Shown here: in pieces, positions 1 to 12,130 of the stretch
How the letters are laid out: each line of letters opens with the position of its first letter
How positions within the stretch are numbered: the first letter of the stretch is position 1
Source: Hypanus sabinus
Taxonomy: Eukaryota
Length of the DNA: 64,000 bases
Direction of reading: 5' to 3'
NCBI RefSeq assembly: GCF_030144855.1
Contig: NC_082711.1
Location: 128,278,001 to 128,342,000 of the forward strand
Translations under genes and position numbers: made by a program
The notes under the pieces: model-generated
Database searches by the model: none
What the model was told of the DNA's origin: nothing
The model's input: only the letters and a program-made list of their open reading frames with translations

Positions 1-103
1 TCATCAGCCGCTCAAGCTTGAGTCGCTGCTCCTCGGCCGCCGTGCGCGGAATGACCAGGACCTGCTGCGGCCGCCCACCGCGCTCCTGCTCTACCTCCGC
101 CAT
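1..103 (-). CDS. PRKRIP1: PRKR-interacting protein 1, first coding exon (partial, continues beyond the left edge)
   Basis: Reverse strand from ATG at 103 reads MAEVEQERGGRPQQVLVIPRTAAEEQRLKLERLM, matching the PRKRIP1 N-terminal motif LVIPKNAAEEQKLKLERLM. Strong Kozak context (AAGATGG) in a CpG-rich setting. Confidence 0.92.
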   Translation of the reverse strand, partial: MAEVEQERGGRPQQVLVIPRTAAEEQRLKLERLM

Positions 104-420
104 CTTGCTGCTGGCGCGGAGAGGTGACGTTATGTATATTTCCAGCGCCGATAAAGAAAAGACGCAGGCGCAGAAAGATGTCGTCAGAACTGAGACGGGG
201 TGGGATGGTTCTACGTTGCCATGGGAAACTCCGCTCTCTCTTTGTGTGGCTCTCACCACCGCGCCTGCGCCTATCGATATACCACCCGCTGCCCTCGTTT
301 GTCCCTCTACACCGACGTCATCTGCCCTATCTGCCTCAGCCGCCAAGCACGGTCTCTCCAATCTCTCCCGAAGTCTGACGGTTTAATCTCAACAACGTCC
401 TGGTGAATCAGCTCTATTCT
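95..420 (-). promoter_or_regulatory. CpG-island promoter of PRKRIP1
   Basis: CpG-rich. YY1-type CCGCCATCTT overlaps the ATG (97-106). CRE-like TGACGT near 125 and GACGTCA near 314. Confidence 0.6.
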
Positions 421-754
421 TCCTCCAGTACAATTCATATCCTTCCTACCGTGTGGCGACCAGAACTGCACAGAATCATCCTTTCCCTTACTCTAACCTC
501 TGAGTGTTTAGAACACCTGCAACATGTTCTCCCTAATTTATATTCTGTACGTTCAAAGGAAAAGTTCGATGTGATTCCTCCTTGGTATATGCTAAAATAC
601 AATGCAAGTCTGAGAGAAAATGGTGTTGGCCTGGAGCGGTGATTAAGTGTCTTGGCCGGAACCGTCAACTGGTTACTCTTGGCCAGATGCTGCTGCTGAC
701 CCTGGTTCCACCACTGCACTGCATGTGATGCCCTCCACCTCACAGTCCACATAT

Positions 755-1005
755 AACATAGAAAACCTACAGCACAATGAACAGCTTCGCCTCACCATGA
801 ACATATACTTACTTTAGAAACTACCTAGAATTACCCATAACCCTCTATTTTCTAAGCTCCATGTACCCGTCTAAGAATTTCTTAAAAGACCCTATTGTAT
901 CCACCTCCAGCAGCCCATTCCACACACTCACCATTCTCTGAGTAAAAATCTTACTCCTGACATCTCCTCTGTACCTGCTATCAAGCACCTTGAACCTGTG
1001 CCCTC
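755..1005 (-). mobile_element. CR1 LINE 3' fragment
   Basis: Same 3' tail sequence as the other CR1 copies in the window (gccattccacacactcaccattctctgagtaaaa...). Confidence 0.7.
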
Positions 1006-1009
1006 TCAT

Positions 1010-3700
1010 ATAACAAATGCCCCACCTGGAGAGGGATTCTGCTGGAGGTCTCAGGTGGTGCCAACTGCTAGGTGTTTCCTGATGGCTACACTGCGCTATA
1101 GCATGGTGCTGGTGTGGGACAGTCCTGGCTTACGTGGACTGCCTAACCACACTCGTAGCAAAAGTTTCTCTGTGGGGCCATCGCAGCATTGGTCGTACCT
1201 GTCTCACAGGCTTCTCCTTGTCAGTTTCCTCCTCCGCCTCGTTGACACAAGTCTGGGTTAATGGTATCTGGGGCACCATGGAATAACTTGGGGGGCTAAA
1301 ATTGCGTCTGCCCTCTCCACCTCTGCTAGTGCCTCGGCCAGTGATGATGGTGATGTCAGATGAACAGTCTGCCGGAGACACAGAGGGCAAGCTCTTCCTG
1401 GGCCACGACAGGGAACTGGGGTAGCCATGCCAAGCACAGTGACGGAGATTTGCCATAAATGGCCGCAGGCCTTCTCCCACATGGCGCCGTCTGCTGCCCG
1501 GTTCTTCCCTTATTACTTTCTCCAATGGCCTCTGCTCAAAACACCGCTACGAGAGCCCTGAAGTCATGCTGCTCAGATGACATTAGATCAAAAAGGCCCA
1601 CAGGTCATCCCCTTACAGCGCCAAGGGCAAGGTTCATCGTCAGCAGGGCTCCACCCAGTATGCCATGCAACAAGTTTGACTTGCACCAGGTAAGGCTCAA
1701 GGCAGCCAGTACCATTATGTCTGGAGAACTTCAGTGTGGCCTTGTGGCATGAATTGCTGGCATCCATTGGTCCATGGCTGCAGTGCCTTGGGTTCCCTGG
1801 CTGGTCACAAGGGTGGCAGGTGATGCACTCCACTGTGTCCTCCGGTTTGGGGAGCCTTGCCTCATCCAGGTTCTCTGGGAAGGCATGATACTGTTACGTA
1901 AGTGCCACAACTCTAAGGGGCCGAAGGGTACAAAGTCGCCCCCTCCTTTTTGAGAATCGCAAGATTGATATTAATTCGGGTCTGGGACCCAGGAAATGAG
2001 ACAGAATCCACAAGGTTTGGAATGTGTCCTGGCCTCAGCGAAACAAAACCATTGATAACAGCTATTGTCTCTTGGAGAAGGAATTGTGTATTGAGTACTG
2101 TACTATTCATTGAAGCCCCTCAGGAGACGACCAGAGTGGGCTGGTTGAGGGATTGCATCATCCCAACCTGTCTGACATCTGATACCCCATGAGTAAGGAT
2201 AAAAGAGGGTCTGGGGAACAACCCCTTTAGACGCACCAGGAGAGACGCTAGAAATCCCATGACGGCGTTTAATAGCGACAGCCGGTGGGGGGCTCGCGTG
2301 CGTCCTTTCCCTTTGCCTAGGATTGGCGGGCTCGCCACAGAAGAACGGCTTAGCTAAAGGAGAGGCCACAAGTGAATGGCCACAACAACGAGACACCGAC
2401 GGATCTAAATCATAAAAGGAAAGCTGGCAAGTTTCTCAAAATCTCTCTCTCTCTCTCTCCAACCATTGCAAACCCAGCAGTCCCCAAAGGCTGCAGCCTG
2501 CATGAACTGAGTGACTTTTATATTTCCATCGGACAATACATTATCCCCTAGACAACGATAGAGCTTATTTCTTATTGATTATTATTATTCCCACACTTTT
2601 AAATTTAGTATTGATGATGTATATTATCTGTATGTTTGCATTGATATTATTTTTGTGTATTTTTACTAATAAATACCGTTAAAAATTGTATCATCAGGCT
2701 TCAACGGACCTCTCTATCTTTGCTGGTAAGTGACCCAGTTACGGGGTTCGTAACAATACTCAGTTCGCAGTTTCTCCCTCTGGGTTAGCATCTCATCTTC
2801 AGGAACCTGGCCCAGGGTTGCAGGGCAGGCATACCACTCCATCCCTTGACTGATTTCCAGGGTCTTAAGATGATGAGAGGCATTGATCATGTGGATAGTC
2901 AGGAGGCTTTTTCCCAGGGCTGAAATGTTTAGCACAAGAGGTGCTTAGAAGTAGGTACGGAGGAGATGTCAGGGGTAAGATTTTTTACGCAGAGAGTGGT
3001 GATTGTGTGGAATGGGCTGCCAGTGGTGGAGGCGGATACAATATGGTCTTTTGTACAGTCAAGAATGCTGTGCCTACATTCTTTACAAGTTGGTGAACAT
3101 CACTTACGTGTCTGGTCGCATCTAAGCATCAAACTGGGGGGCCAGATGATTGGTTATTACACTCCTGGGAAAGGCTGTTGGCCTTTTGGGATGCAGAAAG
3201 GTTGGTGGACTTCTGTAGTACACGGAGGGGGGTGGCTGGTATTGTACTTCTGTGTTTTATGTGTAGCTTAGAGAGTTTGTGAAGTTATATTGTCAGATGG
3301 TCAAATTGTCACAGTGCCATTACTTGTGAGGAGTGAAATGTCACATAGGTGTGTGGCTTATTTGCCATTCGAAAGCCATTTCTACTGTGTTGGGCATTTT
3401 TGGCCCGTTTGAAATCTGTAGCAGCTCTTTGCCATTGGATGCCCTGTGTGCCACAGCTCTAGTGTCTGGTTTCAGATACCCTGGGTGTAAAGAACAGCAT
3501 GTGCGGGAGACTCGCTCTCTTTCCTTTGTCTGCAGGGCACGCTGCACAGAACCATTGACAAGGTTTGTCCGCCAGTCCTTCGAGCTAAGTATCCGTTTGT
3601 GTAAGTTGGGGGCACTTAAATGTTTGGTTGCATCTTTTACTGTTTGTGAATAAGTGATTAATCTACTTATTCATAGTCAATGTTTTCTGTCTTGCTCACC
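1010..3700 (-). mobile_element. Degenerate Tx1/L1-like LINE remnants, interrupted by an LTR (1892-2755) and a CR1 fragment (about 2855-3050)
   Basis: Frameshifted minus-strand peptides resemble the Cys/His-rich C-terminus of Tx1-type ORF2. The sequence resumes across the LTR insertion. Family assignment is tentative. Confidence 0.4.
1892..2755 (+). mobile_element. Solo LTR (Gypsy-like) with 4-bp TSD ATAC
   Basis: Termini TGTTACG...CGTAACA form a perfect 7-bp inverted repeat. Flanked by ATAC at 1888-1891 and 2756-2759. AATAAA near 2671 and an internal (CT)n tract. Confidence 0.85.
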
Positions 3701-3923
3701 AAACCCATGAACCTGCTTCCACGTTACAGACCAACATATTTTTATAAGGGTAAGAATTACAGGGAGCTCTGTACATTCAGGTTTGTATAAGAGAAACAAG
3801 AAAGCAGGGACAGGGAACTAAAGAAGGGGTGGCCAATCAGGAATATAAACAGTGCATTGAATTGCTTAAAAAGCAAAGGAAGGGGTCACAAAATGCCACT
3901 GGTAGACATGATTAAGATAAATC

Positions 3924-4216
3924 TGTTACGTACCCTGTAACTGGGTGTCTTACCGGCAAAGATAGAAGTGTCCATTGGAGTCCGGTGGTACTATTCTCAA
4001 CAGTGTTTATTAGTAAAAATATACAAATCAGTATCAATGCAAATATACAGATAATACACGTTAGCAATACTAAACCTAAAAGTGCGGGTATAATAATAAT
4101 CAATAATAAAACAAGCTCTATCGTTGCCTAGGGGATAATGAATTGTCAGATGGAAAAATTAAAGTTCAGTTCAGTTCATGCAGGCTGCGGTAGTTGTCGG
4201 TCAATGTGTTGCAATT

Positions 4217-4252
<36 letters not shown>

Positions 4253-4947
4253 AGAGAAAGAGAGAGAGAGAGAGACGGGAGAAAGAGAGCGCGCAAACAG
4301 TAACAACTATGGCCTTTGCCAACCTTCCTTTACGATTTTGATCCGTCGATGTGTTGTTGTTGTGGCCATTCAAGTGTGACCCCCTCCGTCCTTTAGCTAG
4401 ACCATTCTTCCGTGGTGGACTCATCACCCAGGCAAGGGTGGACACACACACAAGCCCCCACCGGTCTCGCTATAAACACTGTGAGTTAAAATTTACCGAC
4501 CCTTCGTTCGGTCTGCGATGTCCCACACTGTCTCGTGGGTTTCTGCTGCTCACTAGCGTTTCTCCTGGTGCGTTTGAGGGGTGTTACCCCAGACCTCACT
4601 TTTATCCCCACTCACGGGGTCTCAGGTGTCAATCAGGTTGGGATGATGTAACCCATCAAACCTGCCCACTCTGGTTGTCCCCGAGGGGTTTCCATGAATA
4701 GAACAATACCAAGTAAACAATCCTTCTCCAAAAGACAATAGCAGTAAATCTCCCCTTTTGTCACTAGGAGAGGATCCACCCTGGGTAACTCTTAGCTGTG
4801 TCTCTCTCTCATTAACTTTCATGAGCTGTTATCAATAACAACTGCCCTGGCAGATTTCCTTTGTCTCTCTTGTTCATCCTTTGTAGCACCCCCACCCTTC
4901 TAAGAATTTTCACCAAAGGGGAAAATTTACTAATACAGAGTCTTACA
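3924..4947 (-). mobile_element. Solo LTR related to 1892-2755, opposite orientation
   Basis: 3924-4750 is a diverged reverse complement of the 3' two-thirds of the first LTR (TGTTACG terminus, (GA)n tract). The right boundary is uncertain: TTACA at 4947 with imperfect aaatc/gaatc flanks, or 4993. Confidence 0.75.
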
Positions 4948-5059
4948 GAATCTAACACAATACAAAAGAGTTTTTTAACTACAGAGTATTACAGATATAC
5001 ATTCAACTTAGCATCTAGATAAGCAGTCAGCGAGTACATTATCACTTCCTTTAATATGC

Positions 5060-7860
5060 TGTATCTTAGTGCTGACTATTCCTAATCACATTATGCCTCT
5101 CCAAATGTTCATAAATCCTGCCTCTCAGGATCTTCTCCATCATCTTACCAACCACTGAAGTAAGACTCAATGGTCTATAATTTCCTGGGCTATCTCTACC
5201 CTCTTTCTTGAATAACAGGACAACATCTGCAACCCTCCAATCCTCTGGAACCTCTCCCGTCCCCATCGATGATGTAAAAATCATCACCAGAGGCTCAGCA
5301 ATCACCTCCCACTGTAGCCCAGGGTACATCTCATCCAGGCCCAGCGACTTATCCAACTTGATGCTTTCCAAAAGCTCCAGCACATCCTCTTTCTTAATAT
5401 CTACATGGTTAAGCCTTTCAATCTGCTGCAAGTCATCACTATAATCACTAAGATCCTTTTCCATAGTGAATACTAGGTATTCATTCAGTACCCCTGCTAT
5501 CTCCTCCAATTCCATACACATTTTCCCACTGTCACACATGATTGGTCCTATGCTTTCACGTCTTATCCTCTTGCTCTTCACATACTTGTAGAATGCCTTG
5601 GGGTTTTCCTGAATCCTGTCCACCAAGGCTTTCTCATGGCCCATTCTGGCTCTCCTAATTTCCTTCTTAAACTCTGTCCTGCGAGCCTTATAATCTTCTA
5701 GATCTCTATTGTTACCTAGTTTTCAGTCCTTTGTAAGCTCCTTGACTAGATTTACAACAGACTTTTGTATTATCACGGTTCCTGTACCCTACCACCCTTT
5801 CCATCTCATTGGAATGTACCTATGCAGAACTCCACACAAATATCCCCTGAACGTTTGTCACATTTCTTCCGTACATTTCCCTGAGAACATCTGTTCCCAA
5901 TTTATGCTTCCAATTTCCTGCCTGATAGCCTCAGATTTCTCCTTACTCCAATTAAATGCTTTTCTACCTTGTCTGTTTCTATCCCTCTCCAATGCTATGG
6001 TAAAGGAGATAGAATTGTGATCACTATCTCCAAAATGCTCTCCTGCTGAAAGATCTGACACCTGACCAGGTTCAGTTCCCAATACCAAATCAAGTATAGC
6101 CTCTCCTCTTGTAGGCTTATCTACATATTGTGTCAAGAAACCTTTGTGAACACACCTAACAAACTCCACCCCATCTAAACCCCTCACTCTAGAGTCATGC
6201 CAATTAATATCTGGGAAATTAAAATCTCCCATCACACCAACCCTGTTATTATTACACCTTTCCAGAATCTGTCTCCCTATCTGCTCCTCAATGTCCCTAT
6301 TACTATTGGGTGGTTTATAAAAAACACCCAGTAGAGTTATGGACCCCTTCCATGTCCTCCTCCTTTTCTTCAGCCGTGACATTATCTCTGATCAACAGTG
6401 CCATGCCCCCACCTCTTTTGCCTCCCTCCCTGTCTTTTCTGAAACATCTAAAACCTGGCACTTGAAGTAACCGTTCCTGCCCCTGAGACATTCAAGTCTC
6501 TGTAATGACCACAACATTATATCTCCAAGTACTGATCCACACTCGAAGTCATCTGCTTTGTTCAGGATACTTAATTCATTAAAATAGACACATCTCAAAC
6601 TATCGGTCTGAGCGTGTCCCTTCTCTATCACTTGCCTATTCTCCCTCTCACACTGTCTACAAACTTTCTCTACTTATGAGCCAAAAGCTTTATCCTCTGT
6701 CTCTTCAGTTCGGATCCCACCCTCCCCCCAACAATTCAAGTTTAAACTCTCCCTAGTAGCCTTAGCAAACTTCCCCACCAGGATATTGGTCCCCCACAGA
6801 TTCAAGTGCAACCCGTCCTTTTTGTACAGATCACTCCTGCTGCAAAAGAAGTCCCAATGATCCAGAAATATGAATCTCTGCCCCCTGCTCCAATCCCTCA
6901 GCTACGACATTTATCCTCCACCTCACTCTATTCCTGTACTCACTGTCACATGGACAGGCAGTAATTCTGAGATTATTATCTTTGTGGTCCTGCTTCTCAA
7001 CTCCCTGTAGTATGTTTTCAGGATCTCTTCCCTTTTCCTGCCTATGTCGTTGGTACCAATATGTACCACGGCCTCTGGCTCTTCTCCTTCCCACTTCAGG
7101 ATATCGTGGACGCGATCAGAAACATCCCAGACCCTGGCACCTGGGAGGCAAACTACCATCTAAGTTTCTTTCCTGCGTCCACAGAATCACCTGTCTGAAC
7201 CCCTGACTATACAGTCTCCTATCACTACTGCCTTCCTCTGCCTTTCCCTACCCTTCTGAGCCACAGGGCCAGACTCTGTGCCAGAGGCGCGTCCACTGTT
7301 GCTTCCCTGGGTAGGCCGTCTCCCCCCAAACAGTACTCAAACAGAAGTACTTATTGTTATGGGAGACAGCCACCAGGGTACTCTATTGCCTCTGACCCCT
7401 GCCTTTCCCTCTCCTGACTGTTACCCACATATCTGTCTCCACAGGCCCCGGTGTGACAACCTGCCTATAGCTCCTCTCTATCACCTCCTCACTCTCCCTG
7501 ACCAGACAAAGGTCATCAAGCTGCATCTCCAGTTTCCTAACACGGTCCCTAAGGAGCTGCAGCTCGAAGCACCATTGTGCAGATGTGGCTGTCCAGGAGG
7601 CTGGGAGTCTCCTGGACTTCCCACATCTGACACCGAGCACAGAACACCAGCCTCACAGACGTACTCCCTGTCTGTAATCTGCACAGATAACCTACCTCGC
7701 TCCAACCTGTTAATGCCAAAACTCCGTTGAGCCAAAGCCTTCCTACTCTGTCTACCTCTAATCTGGTGCCCACTCTATAAAGCTGCCTCCTTTTAAACTC
7801 TTCTCGTTGTTCTCACTGGCTGACGTCCACACGCTTGCGCAGTCGTGCTCCAATCAAACC
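5060..7860 (-). mobile_element. CR1 LINE with 5'UTR, ORF1 (SGNH esterase-like) and ORF2 APE endonuclease plus RT start; 3' part missing; degenerate
   Basis: ORF1 peptides VCLPGARVWDV...VVHIGTNDIG. APE peptides GVFYKPPNS, MGDFNFPDINW and HFGDSDHN. RT peptides PEDWRVADVVLLFKK and NYRPLSLTSVVGK. Several frameshifts. Confidence 0.9.
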
Positions 7861-7869
7861 ACTGAAGAA

Positions 7870-9295
7870 ATAATGTTCTAAGTGGACGTCCATCTATTCT
7901 GAGATTGTGCATGCTGGTCCTCGACTCCCCAACTATAGGAAACACTTTTCTATATCCACTCAATCTCGGCCTTTCCATATTTGATTGGTTTCAATGATAT
8001 GCCCTCTTCATTCTTCTAAACTCCAGTGGGCATAGGCCCAGAGTCATCAAATGTTTCTCATATGTTATTCCCTTCATTCCCAGAAGCATTGTGAACCACC
8101 TCTGGACCCTCTCCAATGCCTTTCTTAGATAAGGGCCCAAAGCTGCTCACAATACTGCAAGTCTGGTCTGACCAGTGCCTTATAAAGTCATAGCATTCAT
8201 CCTTATTCCAGTCCTCTCAAAATGAATGTTAATATTGCATTTGCTTTCCTTACACCAACTCAACCTGCAAGTTAACCTTCAGGGAATCCTGCTCAAGGAC
8301 TCCCATGTCCCTTTGCACTTCTGATTTTTGAATTTTCTCCCTGGTTAGAAAATAGTCTACACCTCGACTTCTTCTATCAAAGTGCATGACCATACATTTT
8401 TCTCCGCTACACTATACTCCTTTGCCTAATTTCTCAATCTGTCTGAGTCATTCTGCAGAGTCTCCCTGCTTCCTCACCACTACCTGCTCCTCCATCCACC
8501 TTCCTATCGCCTGCAAACTTGGCCACAAAGTCATCAATTCTGTCTTCCAAATCATTGAACTATAACATGAAAAGAAGCAAAACCAGTGGAGCACCACTGG
8601 CCAACCAGAAAAGGCTCCCTTTATTCCCACTTTGTATCCATGGTAGTACGTTTCCTGTAATCCCATGGGCTTTTGTCTTGGTAAGCAGCTTCACGTGTGA
8701 CACCTTGTCTGAAAATACAACATCCACTGACTCTCCTTTGCCTATTCTGCTGTTATTTTCTCAAACAATTCCAACAGATTTGTCAGGTAAGGTTTATCTT
8801 AAAGAAACTATGCTGACTTTGGTCTACTTTATGGTGTGCCTCCAATTAACCTGAAACCTCACCCTTAATAATAGACTCCAACATCTTCCCAACCACTGCG
8901 GTCAGATTAACTGGCCTATAGTTTCCTTTCTTCTGCCACCCTCCCTTCTTAAAGAGTGGAGTGACAGTTGCAATTTTCCAGTCCAGGATCTAATGGTTCA
9001 TGAAAGATCATTACTAATGCCTCCACAATCACTTCAGGTACCTCTTTCAGAACTCTAGGTGTGGTCCATTTGACTTATCCACCTTCAGACCTTTCAGCGT
9101 CCCAAACACCTTCTTCTTAGTAATAGCAACTACACTTATTTCTGCCCCCAGATACTCTCAAATTTCTGACATGCTGTTAGTGTCTTCCACAGTGAAGACT
9201 GACACAAAATACTTATCTAGTTCATCCAGAATTTCTTTAACTCCCCATTATTACCTATCTAGCTTCTTTTTCTAGCAGCCCACTCTCACCTAGCA
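7870..9295 (-). mobile_element. CR1 LINE ORF2 (RT) fragment, degenerate
   Basis: Decayed RT and C-terminal sequence homologous to the copy at 12498-14770. Confidence 0.75.
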
Positions 9296-9551
9296 GACTC
9301 ACTTCAAGTTCAAGTTTAATTATCATTGAACCATAAATGAATGCTCATGAATACAGCCAAACGAAACAGCATTCCTCTGGGGCTAAGGTACAAAACAAAC
9401 AAACGTATACAAGATAGCAATAAGACATTCAGTTACACTAAAACTATAACATAGACAAGTCCCTGAGTGATGTGTCCTGGAAATTAATCCCTCAACCCAG
9501 CGTGGATGTAGCACACCACCAGCTCTGGTGTGTCCTCTGCTGGGCTGATAC

Positions 9552-10523
9552 TATCATAATGGGAGTGGACCCAAAAGCAAGACACAGACACTGAGGTACC
9601 AGGAACAGGACTAGGTGTGAGAAGGAAGCAAGGAAAATGGGAAAGAAAAGACACCGGCCCTGGACAAGACAAGGATTCTGGGCCTGGGCTAGGCTTTGAC
9701 CAGGACAGCAGAACCAGGACATGGAACTGGGATCTAGGAGCCTGCGCTTGAACTCCGAGCCAGAGACTGGACAAGGACCCAGAATCTGGGTCTCGACTTG
9801 GGCTCGAAGTCCAGAACGAGGCGAGGACATGACCAGGGGAGGTTACAGGACGTGGACGAGAGACAAGGGAAACTCAATACAGGACGAGGGAACCCCAGCA
9901 CCGGTCTGGGCAAGGTACTCCCGTGCTGGGTGAAGCACATGGACATGACGAGAACCCGGAGCCTTGGTTGAGGGAGAGACAACAGGACTGGATGTGAGAC
10001 TCCTGGACAAGGGAATCCCAGCACCGGTCTGGGCGAGGCACATGGACATGATGAGTACACAGAGCCTACGGAGAGACAGGGACATGGAACACCGAGCCAG
10101 GACCCCTCCTTGGGTGAAGGACGTAAGGCCAGGACTCATAACACAGAACACTGAGCGGGGACCCCTCCTTGGATACAGGACGTAGGGCCAGGACTCATTA
10201 CACAGAACACCAAACTTGACGAGACAGTTCCCAACGCTATGTAGCAGCAGAATGGCCAGACCTACCTAGCGAAGGCATGGACATGGAGAGGCAGTTCCCA
10301 ATGCTAGGGCGGGGCTCCAGGTAGGAAGGTGAAGAGAAGTGATACAGACAAGGGGTTTGGACAGGACAATCCAGCAGCCAGAGGCTGAATTCTGAAGCTA
10401 TTTATGAGGCCAGCCCGAACAGAAGCTGCCTCAACAGAAACTGGGAAACCCGGAAAACCTGGAAGACGGAACCTGGACCGGATTGTGAACCGGAATGCGG
10501 ATTTCACGGACCAGACCATGACA
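9552..10523 (-). mobile_element. Solo LTR with 5-bp TSD GATAC and internal tandem sub-repeats
   Basis: Termini TATCAT...ATGACA (decayed TGTCAT/ATGACA inverted repeat). GATAC at 9547-9551 and 10524-10528. Duplicated internal blocks (cccagcaccggtctgggc twice; ggccaggactcat.acacagaacac twice). Confidence 0.75.
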
Positions 10524-11439
10524 GATACAACAGGCAAGCCCGCGGCTGGAGGCCTAATCCTCACTACAGTAGAAGCCACCCTGTGTTTTCAATAAAGGGA
10601 AACAGACTTGCATTTTACAGTAAGATACAGTTGATAGGTATTTTGCAGAAAAGGGGAATTAAGGGTTATAGGGAAAAGGTGGGGTTTAGCTGAATCTGCA
10701 GCATGTTATTGAGTGACTGGCTAGATGCCCTACTCCTGCTCCTATTTCTAACATTCTTGCATGTAAATCTTTTTACATTGTCCTGCATGGTATGGTGAAG
10801 TTTGAAAGCTGTTACAACAGGAGGGGTGGCCAAAGGACCACACTTTGGAGTATTGGAGTTCTGGCCACCACAGACTGGATATGTTGGGACTGTTTAACAG
10901 CATGAGCATGAGCATCAGCATGGGGCTGAGTCATAACTATATAATGATTTTTAAAATCACAAAGAATAAAGATGAAGTAGTTAGTCTTTTACCCAAGTTA
11001 GGCAACTCAAAAATTAAACTATATACGTTGAAAGTGACAGGGGAAATAGTTAAAGGTGACCGAAAGGGAAACTTTTTCACAGAGGGTGGTGGGTAGCTGT
11101 AAATGCAACTACAGCATTTAAAAGACATTTGGACAGGTACATACGCAGGAAAGGTTCACAGGGAAGTAGCAATTGGCACTAATTGAAAGGAGGCAACTTG
11201 GTCCGTACGGATGATGAGGCCGGTTGGCCTGCTTCGTGCTGTATGGCTCTAAAAGACTGTACTAGCCAGACCTAGAGCAAAGATTCACCTGCAGTTTAGA
11301 ACAGGAGGTGCCTCATTGAAACTTAGAGAAGCGATGCCTGGTTGAGCCGTCCAGGGAGGTGGGAGCAATGGAGGGACTATGGGCACCAGGCAGAGGACTA
11401 TGTCCAATGTCATGGCCAAGCCGACAAACGTCCTGCACC

Positions 11440-11898
11440 GGGTTCTGAGCACGCGGTCCCTGATTGGTCGCAACAAAGGCCGCCCCAGTTGGTTGTCCTG
11501 CCCTGATACAGCATTCATAAAAACGAGAGATGCTGGGAGTCCAGAGCAACGCACGCAACATGCCAGACAGAGAACGTCAGCCGCGCCGACGGCGTCTAGC
11601 CGAATAATGTTTCAGGCGAGACTTTGATTCGTCAGAACATATCCGCCTTCCAATTGGTGCTGTCTACCGCACTATCCGTTCTCTGATTGGTCAGAACATA
11701 CCCGCCTTCCGATTGGCGCTGTTGACCACCCTGATCTCACTTCCCGTGTTCTGATTGGTGTGTTACTTTTTGTCCCTCCTCCGTGCGCTCGCAAATGGCT
11801 CGTCCCCAGGACGATTGGTTGATTTGGCAGCGGTCAGGTTTGTACAGGTTCCGGTGCCGGGTTACGCGTCCGCGCGTGTGCTGAGAGGTCGAATCGCC
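11440..11898 (+). promoter_or_regulatory. C1QBP CpG-island promoter with multiple inverted CCAAT (NF-Y) boxes
   Basis: ATTGG at 11463, 11653, 11686, 11712, 11754 and 11814. CpG-rich. Lies immediately upstream of the ATG at 11899. Confidence 0.7.
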
Positions 11899-12130
11899 AT
11901 GCTGAAGGTGTTTGGCCGGGTTTTGGGTTCCGCCGCCCGGCTCGGCTCCCGGACTGCTCCGCCGGCGCAGCACCTCTTTCTCCTGCGGCATGCCGGCGTC
12001 AGCCCCGGGGCCCACGGTCTCGCCCGCTCCATGTGGCTGCTCTGCAGTTCCGACCTGAGACGTGGTGTGCTGGGGTCCGGGCGGCCCCTCAACGGCGCGT
12101 CCTGCGGCTGCGGGGGTCTGCACACCGAAG
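11899..12130 (+). CDS. C1QBP: C1QBP/p32 exon 1 (mitochondrial presequence plus LHTEG)
   Basis: GCCATG start. MLKVFGRVLGSAARL...SCGCGGLHTEG matches human ...CGCGSLHTDG. Donor G|GTAAGG at 12131. 232 nt. Confidence 0.95.

Noticed and set aside
18-406. Plus-strand ORFs of 68-122 aa at the window start
   Set aside because: GC-rich promoter and antisense of PRKRIP1 exon 1; no recognisable protein.
4194-4379. ER-repeat protein ORF
   Set aside because: Translation of a (GA)n microsatellite inside an LTR.
9484-10595. Cluster of overlapping 70-110 aa ORFs
   Set aside because: Low-complexity internal repeats of a solo LTR; no gag or pol motifs.
11283-11560. Possible divergent gene or lncRNA exon upstream of C1QBP (minus-strand CAG|GTGAAT donor)
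   Set aside because: The ORFs lack ATG starts and recognisable homology. A lone donor-like site is insufficient without transcript data.
11755-11898. N-terminal extension of C1QBP in the ORF track
   Set aside because: Starts at a non-ATG codon within the promoter. The GCCATG at 11899 gives the expected presequence.
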